From Kudoa neothunni (lineage: Eukaryota; Animalia; Cnidaria), in NCBI GenBank assembly GCA_964304625.1, contig OZ199838.1:2293329-2357328 (forward strand): a stretch of 64,000 nt of DNA, given 5' to 3'. Positions 38,667-53,043 of this stretch are shown one piece after another; the stretch's first letter is position 1; the number at the start of each line of letters is the position of its first letter. Made by a program: the position numbers and the translations under genes. The notes beneath the pieces are model-generated. The model made no database searches. It worked only from the letters and a program-made list of their open reading frames with translations, and was not told the origin of the DNA.

Positions 38667-40918
38667 TATATATAAAAAGTTCTTATGTTTGTCAGTGAGT
38701 GTGTTCGGAGCAGTACGCATGTGCCATGGAGAAACTTTTTTTAAATACAGCTTTTAGTTTGCATTTGAACAGATGATACCTTTAATAAAAAATTTTCTTT
38801 TACTTAGAAGTATAAATATAATCAATATCGTTATCAGAAGTATGGAATTTTATGGCTGTTTTCATCAATTACCAGATTAAGATGTAACTGATTAATATTG
38901 ATGTTTGTTTACTTCAGAGTGATACTCAATTAAAATGAACTTTTACTCACTGCATACGAAGAGAATCTTCCAATTATGGTGTATAATGTTTAGAAATGTT
39001 ACATATGTCAGTTTGGAGTAATTTTAAGATAGATAGATAGATAGATAGTGCCACTAGAGCCATATTTACAAGAGATGTAACACTTCATTTGAAATTTTAA
39101 GCATAACCAAATTATTTAGGATGTATTTTCACTTTTCAAGCGTTATGGATATAGTTAAGCAAAAAAGATTATGATCATTTTAAATAACATACATAATTTG
39201 AGATCTAAGTTGTTACCGTGTTGGAATAATTTGGGTCTCTATACGCATTCCAAAAACGATGTAAGATGTGTGTAGAGTTCTCAAATGATTTAATTTTTTT
39301 GATAACTTCTTAAATGAAAATTTCTTTTTATCAAAAATATCGATTGAGATTGAAACTATATTCGTCTTTTCGATAAGTTTTTACTCATTTTCTGGTTTTC
39401 TTAAACTTTATTGAAAAATAGCTGCTATCACTAATTCAATAAGTTTCTATATTTGATGAGATAATTTTTTAAACAATGTTTAAGTTTTTAGGAACCTAAT
39501 TATTCCTTATCCCCATACTTTAAGGTTAATATTCAAATAAATATATAATTTTCTACTCGCTAAAAATAATTCATTATGATATAAAAGATGAATGAAAATA
39601 CTCGACACCTAAATCTATACGTTGTTTCAGAATTCATATTCATGATTACTTTTGCGCAAAATACAATCCCTTCTCAATATATGACATGGAAGTTAATAAC
39701 AAATTATTGGTCTATTTGATCTAACTGATATTTTCACAAAGTTTTCGTTAATCTAAGAATAGTTCAATACGAAAAAATTTTTTAGGACGATCAAACTCTA
39801 CGTTTATTTTTAAACGGGTGCATTCCTTCAAGAAAACCAGTTGATATTTAAATATTTTAGCATTACTGTAATTTTTCAAACCAAAAACACCTTTACATTT
39901 TAGATTTAATCGTATTTTGTTGATTAAATTTGTATATTTTTGTTAAAAAGAAAGGTTTCATTTATTAAAAAATGGAGAAATTACGTTAAAATAGTGAATA
40001 CGTAAGTTACCACTCACAGATTATTAAAACCTCATTAACATCCTTTATAAAAGTGCAAAAAAGGGAGTAACAATTAATATTTTTATTTCTGACGCATCTT
40101 TGGTTGATTTTATTTTTTTCTCGTTTGTAGACTAATAATAAATCATGTAACTAGAGGGATTAATTTTTATCGTAAGATTTTGAAAAGAACTGAAAGTCCT
40201 ATTTAAGTTAATTAATGGTTTTATTTAGTGAATAAATGAAGTTTAATCGTTAGTTAAATTGCTCATAAAATTAAGGTCATTATATTTTTGGTCATAATTT
40301 GTAAAATAAACTTAAAAATACTCGTTAATTTCCCTCAATACCTCTATTTATATTTGAATGGAAAGTGCGCTCATAATTTTGTTTTTCTAAATCATCACAT
40401 TGCAAAAATAATGGCAAGCTTTAAAATGCAACAATTAAAATAGAAAAATAAAGTTTACAGGGTTTAACGTGCTAATTAAATTAACTTAATCGTAGAATCT
40501 CTCCATTCAAAAATAAAATTAAAAGTTAAAATATTCCACCACAGTGTCTGGAAAAGTTGGGAATTAGCGCTAGTTACAAACATTAACTCAAAAATTATAT
40601 ATAATTTATACGTTTTGTTTGCTTCCATCATCGTACATTAATTTTTAAATAAGTCGTATAATCAATCTTAAATCCTGGAAATAAACTAAGATTACGACTA
40701 AATAGGTCAAAATTTATATCGTATCATAAAATATATATATATACGTTTGAATATAATTTATTTAGCGGATAGTTTATTTTTAATTATGAATAGTGTATTT
40801 GATTAAATAATATATTAAAAAAAGCGGATCTCCTATATAATGCATCCAATTCATTAAAAATAATAATTTGGTTGACATGAATAGGACGATAACTTTCGTT
40901 AAGGATTATTTAAACAAA

Positions 40919-43803
40919 ATGAAAAATGTTATGTACTCCACGGGAATATTTTTTATCTTCATCTGTAAAATTTTTGTTGTTTGAAATTTTTTAATCCAAA
41001 TTAGTGAAAATTGTACTGCTCGAGACAGAAAAAACACCAAACTCTCTCACCTATAAAGTGATAAAAGATAGTAATACTATGAAGGTTCATTTAATTCTGA
41101 ATGGGGGAGATTATACCTCGTCCAACCACTGCTACGTAAAAAAATCAAACGATAATAATGATAATTTTGAAGATATCGATCCTTGTGTCAATCCAGGCCA
41201 AACTGACGGAGCTAATAATTGCGCTATAATTTGCAATAAAAGTGATCACAAATTAGGTTACGATAAGTTTTCCCCAAGAACAAAGTATATTGGAGTTTAT
41301 TTCGCGAAAACTTCAGCAGAAGCTGTTAAAAAAAGTACAGGCGCGACTGTTTTTGGTTTCGATATACGTAATTCCTTTGTAATTAAGTTTTTTATAAACT
41401 CTTGTAGCTTTACTCGTGAATCCACAAGTTACAATAACTACAAACGATCAAAAATTAAAATTGAGCACAATAACATGTAAAAAGGTTGCATGTCCAATTT
41501 ATTATAAGGACGTCCAATACGCTAACGGAGCAGTTGGAAGTACTTGTGCTGCGGGTAATAATAATAATGAAGTAGAATTCGACGTAATGATTCCACATTA
41601 TGAAATGAAATGCGAAAACTATCCAAGTTTCTTTTATAAACTGCAAAATAAATACACTTTATTGAAGACGGACGTTTATATACCACAATATTATGTGAAA
41701 TTTAATAATACCCTAAAAAATAAATACCTACTTAAATTCACTAATAAATTCCCTTTCGAAATTTGTCGATTTAGTATAAGAGAAGTATTAACTCAAAGCT
41801 CTAATGATTATACATCCAATTGCGGAGGGACAGGCAAAGAATGCTATGCACCTTGTGACAATGTAGAACTCAATTTCAAGGCATCAAAATCAGTTGTTGA
41901 AATATTGATACAATCAAGACATTTTCCATTAAAAAACGAAGACGGCACTTATTCTGGATATATCCAAAAGAAATTCGGTAATTATAATAATTATTACTTA
42001 AATAATGTTTTTTTTAGTTATTAGCGAAGCTATTGATGTAAATGGTGCTGGTGAATTATTATCAGCTCATTCTGCTACCGGTGTTACATTAAAAGTTAAA
42101 TTATTTAATCCAGATACTAGTCCAAAATTCAGTTCATGTACCGTAAGCTACTATGCTGCGGACAAGCCCCCTCCTGTACCTACTACCGCTAACACGAGGG
42201 CGACTTGCGCATCTCAAGATAGTCCGTGTGTTGAAACTTGTGCCGAACCCCTAATAATATCTCGACTTGCTGGCGGAAAACCTTATATTCTTGAAATTGC
42301 CGCATCGACAACAGAAACTGCCAATAATGTCCCTAATGATTTTAAAGAGCATATATTCTTTAGAACTAGTATGTTTAATAAAGTTGATAAAATTTAAACG
42401 ATACTTAGATAATGTAGATGGATCAACATTTCCCGATGTAACTCCCATAATAAAGGATACCTCCTTCACCATCCAAGCGTTGACTGATAAAGGAGCCATT
42501 GCTAATACTGATGTTACTTGCGCGTATTACATTAGTCCCCGCGGAAAGGATGTATATGTTTGTGCAATGTGTGTTGACAGTTATCCTTGCAGGGGATATT
42601 GTAAGGAACCTCAACACATCGTGGGACTAACTCCAGGAACAGAGTATGACCTCAAGGTTGTTGCTCACGACAAATATGGATTCAAAGTTCACCAAGTCAC
42701 AACAGGTATTTAATTAATGAAATAAATTTAAATAATTAAATTTTAAGGGATGTCAACACTTACACTTGAGCATCAATTTTTGGACAGAGGTTTCAAAGTG
42801 ATAGGCTCTTTGACTTCCCCCTATCCTGGAGCTGTGTGCCAATACAAAATAAAACTTAAGAAAGGCGAAACTTTTGATATGTTGTACGAATGCCCAGCGC
42901 CAACTAAAGCTGGTAGGACTGGAAATTCTGTTCTCGAACCAACGCTCTCTAAAATTGGAGTGGCTAGATCAGCAGACAAACAATCAACAGACGTTAAGCC
43001 TCCAGCTACTAATGTTAAAATCCCACCTTGCCAAACACTACCCTTATGTAGTGGTATCATATTTAGTGAAGGATACGAAGCGGAAAAAGAATATCAGGTT
43101 TTAGTGACCGCTGTAGGCAGGTCTATTGAAACCACAATAAATATACCTAAAAGTAAATTTTCTCACAAAAATATATAAAAGAAAAGAATTATCTATATTA
43201 TTAAATCTTATCTCTTTATGTTATATTGAGTTTTTTTCTAGACCCACTTCCTACAGCTTCGAATGACCCCAAAAAACAAATAATAATAGTGATCACACGC
43301 GATAAAAAAACCTTAAATGTGAAAACCACCTTGCCTCTTGGTGTGGATGAAAATTCGTTATGCAAATGGAAATTAACAAACTCTGAAGATTCGGCCAATC
43401 CAATTGTTAAAAAATGCATGGTTGTTGGTGAAGGTTGTACCAAGTTTCCTCCATGCAAAGAATTCACCATTGATGAAGTTATGGACACTAACAATTACCA
43501 CCTAGCTGTATTCCATAGTGAAGATGCGAGTATCCTTGGAATTGGCGAAATTAACAGAGGTAAATAATAAATGTTTGGTCGACTTTTTAATAATAATGTA
43601 GGTGAAACTTCAAATAAATCAGTGTAACTTCCAATACATGAGTATTATTTCTTTATTAATTTTAGATCAAAAAATACAATGTATTAAAACATGGAATGTC
43701 TGTTTTAATTTAAATATTTAGCATTATTGCAGTTGTAGTTCCAGTTGCTATCGCTGTCATTGGAATCGGAGTTTATTTTGGATACTCGAAGAACCGGAAT
43801 TAA
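40919..43803 (+). CDS. ~800-aa type I membrane protein with ~7 cysteine-rich FN3/Ig-like modules (surface protein paralog B)
   Basis: ATG at 40919 (an in-frame upstream ATG lies at 40877) gives MKNVMYSTGIFFIFIL|KIVLLET. Phase-1 introns of mostly ~40 nt separate the modules. FN3 motifs: IISRLAGGKPY, IVGLTPGTEYDLKVVA, GYEAEKEYQV. Micro-exons at 43602-43623 and 43666-43680. TM segment IIAVVVPVAIAVIGIGVYFGY-SKNRN*, TAA at 43801-43803. Confidence 0.88.
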
Positions 43804-44357
43804 ATATCTTTTAATATGGAAAATAAAATTTATATTGACTAGAATTCATTTTCAATTATAGTTCTTACATTTTTTAGATGTTACATTCATTTCCCTCTTT
43901 ACTTTATAATCACTGAAAAATATGTTTTTGTATATTTGTGTATTCTTATTAAATTGAAATTGAAGTTATATAAAAAAAGAAAAGTATAATTCACACAAAT
44001 CGTAATAATTGTCGATTTATTAAGTTATAATTGTATTTTCTAAACATGCGTTATAAGATAAAAATATATTCTTATGACCCTAGTCTTAAATTTATAGTGT
44101 AATATTTACAGTTATCCTCATTAGTTTACTGAATATTTTTGTTAAGCAAGTATAATATTATTTGAATAAAGAATAAAAATATATTTCTTAGGCAATGCTT
44201 TGTAGAAAATTAGTGCATACATTCAACGAAGATTTAAAATATGGAACATTATTCGGAGTTTCCTTAGCATTTAATCACATACAAATTTTCGAGAATTCAT
44301 CTAACTTCATGTACCCCTTGAATTGAGATACACGACATAAAGCTGACAAAAATTGCC

Positions 44358-46721
44358 TCAACCCTTTAAGACCGAATGGCGCTATTTTGAAAATTTCACG
44401 GCGTGTATTAGTGTTTCTGCATAAATATGTCTCATAAGGGCATTATTAATTTTTACTTTATTTTATTAAAAAAACAAATAACAATATTTTTCATTGTTTA
44501 TCAATAAAAATGCGAAATAAATTGATATTTTTTTTTGTATAATAGACAGGTAATGTTTGATTGATCGAATCATATTCTTAAAATTATTATATTTTCATTA
44601 AAAAAATATATAGTGGAAATTATACAAAATTTAAAAAAAATGTATATCGCCGTTATTAGTTCGTAAAAGTCAAAGTTTACAGTGAATGCTTAATTCGTGG
44701 TGCCAGAAGGCACCATTCGGCGCCCAAGTTGTTATGTCGGATTAACATTATCATGGATTCTGATTTGGTGAAAAGGATTAATGATAATGGCGATATTGTT
44801 GAGGAGTTAATATTACTACCTGATGCCGATATATCTGACATTGAAAACATATCTTATGATGAAATCGAAAATTTGAAACCCGAAATTCTCTCAGATACTA
44901 ATTCTGACACGGGGGATCATAACGACCATCAATCACAATTTACAAAAAACTCATCAAATGTGGTAGATGAATTCGTCCTCATAAATAACTCAAAAATGAG
45001 AATATTTTAGATCCTTATTCATATTTTAATATGGTCTTTCCCGACAAATTGTTTGGATTAATTTGCAAAGAAACTAATAAGTATTCCATAGCAAAAAATT
45101 CATCGTTTGGGACTACCGTAAACGAAATAAAATTATTCATTGGAATTCTTATGAGAATGGCTATTATTAAAATACCTAGAATAAGGAGCTATTGGAGTGC
45201 TGAACTCAACACAACAATTATAGCTGAGAAAATTTCGAAAGACCGCTTCATGGATATGCAAAAATTCATTCATTTTTATGATAATAATTATATTGTTAAA
45301 TCCCGTAACCACAGGGACTGTGATCGATTTTTTAAAGTGAGACCCTTACTAGACATCATTCGAGAGGACTGTTTGAAACTGAACCCAACTATAGTCAACG
45401 AGTGGATGAGCAGATGATTCCATTTAAAAGTAAATCTGGTCTCAAACGATATCTGCCATCCAAATCTACAAAATGGAGATTCAAGGTATTTACAAGAAAT
45501 GGGTCTGTCTGGTGGTATTGTCCATGAATTTTTTTGAAGATGGTAATTGTACTTATGATGGCGAAAGCTCGGAATTTCGAGGCTCCGACATCGAAAAAAA
45601 AGTTGGTCCAGCCTATTGAAAAGGAGAAACAGACACCACCTATATTTTGATAATTATTTTTCAACACTCCCGCTGCATTCGATTCTACTCAAAATGGGTC
45701 ATCATTCCACGGGTATGATGAGAAGAAATCGCCTCCGCAATTGTCCTATCAGTGATGATAAGACCTTTAAAAAATTGAAAAGGGGCAGTTAATAACACGC
45801 GGTATGTGTAGATGAAGATTCATAAACTAACATTGTGCGTTGGTTAGAGAGCTCTGTCGTAAGTATGACATCTACAGCTCACTCTATTTCTCCTATGAGC
45901 GCTATCGACAGATATGGTCGAAAAGATAAAAAAGTTGTAAAAATCGATTGCCCCCATATCATCAAAATGTAAAATCGAAGTATGGGTGGGGTGGACTTTT
46001 TTGACATATTGATGACTCATTATCGATTGGACCATAAATCCATAAAATGGTGTAAGAGGATATTTTTGGGGCCATTAATTTGTGTATCCTTAACGGATGG
46101 CTTGTCTACAAACGCCGATGCTTCTTAAACGAAGTTCTCGCCAAAAACAATCGCTGTTTAATGGATTATAGCGTTTCAGTGAGCGAACAATTGATGCATA
46201 TGAATCAGGTGATAAATATGATGAGGAGGAGAGGTAGGCCGTCCACATTCGATTTTGTTACTACACCAATTCCAATGACAGCTAGGGCCTATAATCTTTC
46301 TGAGTTAAAGGTAAGTACAAACGTACGATTTGGCCAAATATCTCATTTCCTAGAATTCACAATGGTCAAAGTAGGAGGTAAATTTTATGGACTGCATTCC
46401 AGAACAATGTGTCTCAAATGCGATGTCCACTTATGCTTAAATATAAATAGAAACTGTGTCTTAGACTATCATACAAAAAAATCAATTTTTTTATTACGTT
46501 TATCTATTATATGGGTATTTTGGGGGGACGACAACGACTTTTTAAATTTTTGAGACCAAGGTGTCTCCGAATGGTGCCATATGGCACCATTAAGTTTAGT
46601 AGACTTCCTAATTAAATATTTCTTAAACTTTCATATATATTATTAATTCTAATTTGTTAAATATTTTGACATTAACAAAAATATTTTCCCACTCTTCGAT
46701 TTTCAGGTTTCAACGAGTTAA
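44358..46721 (+). mobile_element. Full-length but decayed piggyBac transposon
   Basis: Ends TCAA|CCCTTTAAGACC and GGTTTCAACGAG|TTAA. Subterminal inverted repeats tggtgccagaaggcaccattcgg (44698) and ccgaatggtgccatatggcacca (46567). Contains a transposase remnant. Confidence 0.8.
44754..46433 (+). pseudogene. piggyBac transposase pseudogene (PGBD-like)
   Basis: Acidic N-terminus; EIKLFIGIL..RIRSYWS..RFMDMQKFIHF..KVRPLLD. Catalytic-region motifs VDEQMIPFK, YFDNYFS and MGGVDFFD. C-terminal Cys-rich RTMCLKCDVHLCLNINRNC..YH. Multiple stops and frameshifts. Confidence 0.9.
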
Positions 46722-47545
46722 TATCAATTTTTCCCTCATATATTGCAAACCTATATAACATCATAATTGTGTTAATAACTCTCGATCAGGATACTGAAAT
46801 TCCATTTTCGTTGAAAAAATTAATAACGTCTATTATTTAATGTTAAAGTAATATTAGAAAGTTCAATTTTAAAAATAGATAATATATCACAAACTTTAGA
46901 CGTCTCAATAGTCTTGTTTCCTACAACCTTGAGTTTATAAAAACCTCTAATAGGTTCAAATAATAATAATTAATTACTATTCACACAATTTAAAAACATT
47001 AAGTAGTATTTCACAAAAAATTTTATTTTTAAAAATTACAAAGCAATATAATTTATTTTGATATTATTTTATTGTCTCACTTGTTAGATGATCTGTAACA
47101 ACTTATTAAGTACTCCAGGAGAAACCACTTTCGGTCAATTTATTTTATTTCTTTATCTACCTTAATTTTTTAATTGAATTTTACCGAAACTTAACAAATT
47201 ATTTTTAAATATATTTTATTTCTCAAATATTTATCCCATTCGAGTCCACACCTGCAATTAAAAAATAATTATTAAATGTATACCATATTTTAAAAACGTA
47301 AAAATCGTTTACATAACGATATTCAATAATTACTAGAAACTAAGAAAATTTGTTGGTTTATTATTCTTATTATTATTTCTCCGTAATAGTAAAAGCAAAA
47401 ATTTTATAGACTAATAACCGTTTTCTCTATAATAAAATTTCAATAGAAAGTGAAGAGGAACCTATATGGTTTATTCGAATATAGAATACAAAAAATAAGG
47501 TCACTAAAAACTGTACATAACGATAGAAAAGCAATAATTAAAAAA

Positions 47546-50110
47546 TTATATTTTATCGAGACGACTGACAATATTATCAACAAATTTTTTTGTCGCCGTA
47601 TACGAAATATCGCCTAAATTTTCAGGCTTACACGTTTGACTGTGGGTTCTTTCCAACACAATAAACTGACCGTATTTAATGTCTACAAAACAGAATTATC
47701 TTCTATTTATCTACTGATTTCCACTTACCAGAGCAATCGGGAGGAACAATCACCAAATTGATACCAAAATTTATCGAGGTAGGTAGAGATTCAGCGAAAT
47801 TCAAACATAAAATGTGATGTTCTTTCAAATAGTTTACAAAATTGGCATTTAGTTTCGAAGTGAAGCCACAATCATTCTTCACGTATTTGGTGTCAAATGC
47901 TGGAATCAAATAATCTAATTTGAATGCTATGGGGGTGCCATGATGAGGTACACTATAGAATATTGTTCCTTTGGTCATTTTGGACAAACGGTCACAATAC
48001 CTGCCAAATACGTGTAAAATTTCGACAAATTGAAAAACCGCACATATTACTTTATATCTTGCGAGGCTTTTCTGTTGCATTTAGTGATTATATCTTTAAT
48101 CAGAATGCCACCAATTGAATGTCCAATCCAAATTATTGGTCTCTGACCGACGCCAGCTTCAACAAGAGACTTGATCAGATATCGACTGGCTTCAGGAACA
48201 CTACATTGGTTTCATTTAGTGAAATTACGACTCAAAACAAACTAACTACTAACCGGAAGGAAGAGGAAGGGCAATCCAAATGCCATCTAAGAAATTTTGA
48301 ATCAAAGCCAATCGATATAATTCGAATATTTGGAATATCCTTGGCTAGCCATTGCTAATGTAGCAAAAATAATCATAATAACAATAGAAAAGATGGTTCT
48401 ACTTTAGGCCACAAAGTGTAATTGGTTGCGGACTTTTTGTCACCAAGTATTCGCCATGTTTTTAATGGAGATCCATTGATACCATGGATGAGAATTACGT
48501 CAACACAATCGCTATATTTTCCCCTACACACACACACACATACACACATACACACATACAGTGATAAAATGTTACAATTATCTAAATTAAGAAAATGCAT
48601 TACTCAATGCTAACATTTTGAGATAGAATGTATAGGCCATGATTTATTTTGTATGGGTCCATTCGGTCGAGATTGGTAAGAATATTGGTGGCCAGTATGT
48701 GCAACTCGTTGTTCTATAGTTTGCATCAATATCTAACTGAAAACTCAATCGATACTTTTCTTTTATTTGAGGAGTACAGAAAAGGTATAAATTCTATTTA
48801 TTAACATATGAGAGAATTCGCGATGGCGCAAATTGTGAATTACTTTCAAAATATTCCATATCAGTGTATTTCATGGTGAGAGATTGAATAATATTGGCCA
48901 CTGCGACAAGAATTCTTAAGTCATCGTTGTATTTATAAATGACAAGTAGAAGCATATTGAGAAATTCATCTTTTTCCACGAATTCACGGACCACATCCGA
49001 ATCATAATTCTAGAAATTTGTTCCATCAATCAAATCCACATTTGACCACGATTACATAAACAATAAAATCTCGCAATATCTTCAAATGATTGAACAAGCT
49101 GGCACGTTGATCGTACACTGGCTCAACCATAGGAACGCCATCGTTATGGATATTGGAAAAAAGAAACTACGACAAAAACTCTCATCTATTTTATATCTAT
49201 TATTAAATGTACTCTTTCATTGTTGGTGAATAGATTCCAATCGGATTCTTGATTCAAGGAATCCATAATAAAATTAGAACATCTGGAAAAGTAGTGAGTT
49301 GGAATTTTTTTAATAAAAAAATCTAGAATTCTAATTATAGTTTCAGTTTCGATATTATTTGCGCATTGGCTTGATGTATTTGCGGTTGTGTTAGTTTTGA
49401 GAGACTCATCACTATCATCATCGGTATTAGTCAAGTGAATAAGACTGGAGATTTTTGAGGGTAGCACTTCACGGTTATAATCAATCAGAATACGTTGTAT
49501 CCACGCTTCAAATAGATTCTCACAATTCACACTAATGCTTTCGTCTCTCATCAAATGCAAAAGCATAGGACGAACAGATTTATTATTTGAATTGACAATG
49601 TTTTGAATAGGTTGTTCATCTATCGAATTTTTACCGTCTGAAGCGGCAATAAAATTAGATACATAATTTGGATTCGATTTGAATCAACGTTTTCAAGCCA
49701 ATCGAAAACCAACATGAATCTATATCCTCTGAAAAATAGTCAAAAATTATTTTTGTGTATTTTGAGTTAAGATATTCATTGTCGATACCTAAAGAAAAAA
49801 ATTATTTTGTCTGATATTAAACAAAAACTCTACATTTGGCTAAACACGTAGAAACATTCCATGTGATATAATCGGATAACTTGGTTACAACTTTTGTATA
49901 ATCTAAATTTGGTGTCATTTGATTGAATTAAAATCGAAGTAATTTACTCTCTTGAAGCGCATCATAGTTAGTGTATATCCTATAATTGACAAAATTGAGT
50001 TCAAATAAATTCAGAAAATTTTCGAAATACACTGCGGAACTCGAAGTAAACACTGTGGAAGCAAAAGCTAATTTTTTTAGATTTTGTGTTGTTACTATAC
50101 GCCTTAGCAT
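47546..50110 (-). CDS. SERAC1: SERAC1 (serine active site-containing protein 1, alpha/beta-hydrolase phospholipid remodeler)
   Basis: DVILIHGINGSPLKTWR, LWPK|..WLAKDIPNIRIISIGFDS, PIIWIGHSIGGILIK (GxSxG), TKGTIFYSVPHHGTPIA, LVIVPPDC, THSQTCKP. Basic N-terminus MLRRIVTT. Stop at 47548-47546. Confidence 0.9.
48526..48560. repeat. (CA)n/(TACACACA)n microsatellite in a SERAC1 intron
   Basis: tacacacacacacacatacacacatacacacataca. Confidence 0.85.
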
Positions 50111-53043
50111 TTATTGCGCTTGCGCACGATCAAAAAATATTGTTGTTGTCTAAGTCTCAATTGCGACATCAAATTTCTCAAACACTAATATGATTTTTTC
50201 ATTAATCTCCAAATATTTTCATTAAATATTTATGATAGAAGATGGTGGTGTGTTACGTGTGACAATAAATTAATCATGTTGAATTATTTTGCTCACGTAA
50301 TCTGGTTGTAATAAGTAGAGGTTCTGTAGAAAAATAGTAAAATATTTGTATATTAAAAACAATCTGCCATATAACAGTAGCTATGGTAGTTTTCACAATA
50401 ATAAAAAATCACCGAAATCTCGCATATGCGTAATTAATTCGAAAAATTCATTTTTATTATTGAAAATTACAATATAATTTTCAATAAAATCTGTTAGTTT
50501 GTTAATTTCTACATTATACAATGTAAATACTTTTTGTGAACTATTCTCGGTTATTATAAAGAAGAGGTCAAAATTTGGCCCAGGAGCTCTCCTCGACCGG
50601 CCCGCGAGGAGGTCCATGATAATGCTAAACTGTTTTATTATTATACGATTCTTTTATAATTCCCACATCTTTTAAATATAAATATTTAAAAAACGAAACA
50701 AAGAATCAAAGAAGCAAAGAATCAAATATTTCCCGAAGAAAATTTCTTATTTATTTTTACTGATTATATGATACTAGTCTTATTATGACGAATGAAAACG
50801 TCTAATAATTGATCTTTAATCTTTACGATTTCGAATCATCATTTAAGTATATGAAATCAAATCCAATATAAATAAAATTGGATAATTCTTGAAGTAGAAA
50901 ATAATATAAAACTAGCTACAGTAGTGTATGGGTCGTAAGAAATTTTTTAAAATTTACTTGTTTACTACTCCTTTTGTTTTAATTCTAATTTAAATAGATA
51001 GTTCAATACAAAGTAGATCATTTGGCGATCAATAATTGATTCTCAACACAATATTAGGGCTGAAAACTTACTGATTGGATGTAACGCAAAAATGGCACGA
51101 GCGCAGCGCTTAATTTGAACTCTGCAAAAAATAATGAATGAAGCGTCAATTTTAGCGAAACAAAACCACTCTACACCACCAAAAAAGTCTAAATTATAAG
51201 GTTTTACGAGTTCATTCCATATAATAAAGATGCTAAGCACTAAACGATGAAAAAATTTGCCAATAAAATAACACGATAATAAAAAGGTCTAAAAGTCCAG
51301 TTCCATTTATGTATATTTTCTTAAAAAATAGAATAGGAAATTCATTATTTCGAGAAGAGAAAATTATATTATTTCTCGAATCTTTATAAACCAACAAGAA
51401 AAAATATTTTTCTATTATAACACTGCTACTTTTCTTCGAACACAACCAGTGAGCTTCATCGGCTGGATCATGGAATTGTTAAAGTTTTAAAATGATGCAC
51501 AAAAGCAATCTAAATACGTCATTTATGCATCAGATCGAATTTCAAGATTGTGGCTACATTGTAACTAATGTCTTTGGACGTTATTCATTTGAAAATTAAA
51601 TTATGAGATTATATTAAAAGGGAAACCATAGTTAACTGCTTTATGAAATCAATTTTCCTCTCTGAAAATCCACAAAATGATGATTCCTAAGATGTTCCTG
51701 ATGATGATCATCAATTTAAACATGACATAATTGAGCTGATTGAAGGGGAGAAATCATTAGAATTGACAAATATTATTGATGTAACTCTTGAAATCAGCAC
51801 AGTCGACAACTCTGAAATTTTGACAACATCAGATTTTTCTGATTTTGACTTGGTTGATGACGACTTTGTTTATATTGATAAAGTTATTATAGCAAACCAA
51901 GAATAACTGAATTAATTGGGAAAAGCTAGAAAACTCTTTCCAAATAAAATTTTGTCATAACCAAAAATATATAACGGTATTTTAATAAAAAAAGGTATAT
52001 GCGTGAATTTTTGCTTAAAATTAAATTATTATTGATTATATCACCGACTGAAAATTGTTATTTTTCCTCTAACGCATGTGTTATTCGAATGTGCCCAACG
52101 TAAAAATGGATACAACGCAGTGGTTTTTATCTTCCCAATTTCTGCGTTGCATCCATACACTATTGTATTTCCCCATAAAATTGTCAAACGCTCGTTATCT
52201 TGGGCTCGCATCGCAGTGAAAATGTGTTCTTTTAAATAATAAAATATAAATTTACTAGGCCTATTTTTCATTGTACTGTAGAAAATTCGTTACAGCCGAA
52301 GGCTTAGTATATTTTTACCCGACCTTCTCTTCTAGTTTAGTTTTACTATCCGACGCCCCGTTATAAATCCTCTGTCATCTATAAAACATCTTATGCGCAT
52401 CTTTTTATTCGCTGGTTTCTTCATTATTATTTTTAGTTTAAAAATAACAATGGTTGAAAAAATTAAACTAAAATAAATAACTTTTAAATTTTAACCAATT
52501 CTCATTTCGAACAAGTCATTCCCGCGTGTAATCTCATCTTTGATTACAAATGAAGGTAAAAAGAAGTTTGTAATAGTACGATAACAACAATATTCATTTT
52601 ATTTTATTTAATTCACATGGACTTATGATTGATCGAATAGATTGAGAAGTGAGATGATACATTAGCAATAAGATAAAATATTCAACGATTCCATCCGAAA
52701 GTTAATTCTGCACGAAAAAATCTTCCACTTCTACTTCCCATGTGTTTTATGCGTAAGAAAAGTTTTTAGAGATAGATTAAAGATAAAATCTTTGTTTCCA
52801 GTGCATATTTTCGAACTTGTAGCGAAATACAACATTATTATTACTACTACTGTTGAAAGCAATATTTAATCACCAAACGGCATACTTGAAAATATGAAAA
52901 TCAAATTAAAGTGTTATAAGCCATCAAAATGAATTAAGGCAATGGAGGGATTATTTAAATTTTAAAATTTAAACACGCGCACGCAGCCAACAGCGTAGCT
53001 CCTTTCGAATCTAGCAGCGTGTTTACTGTTCTTGACTTTGATT

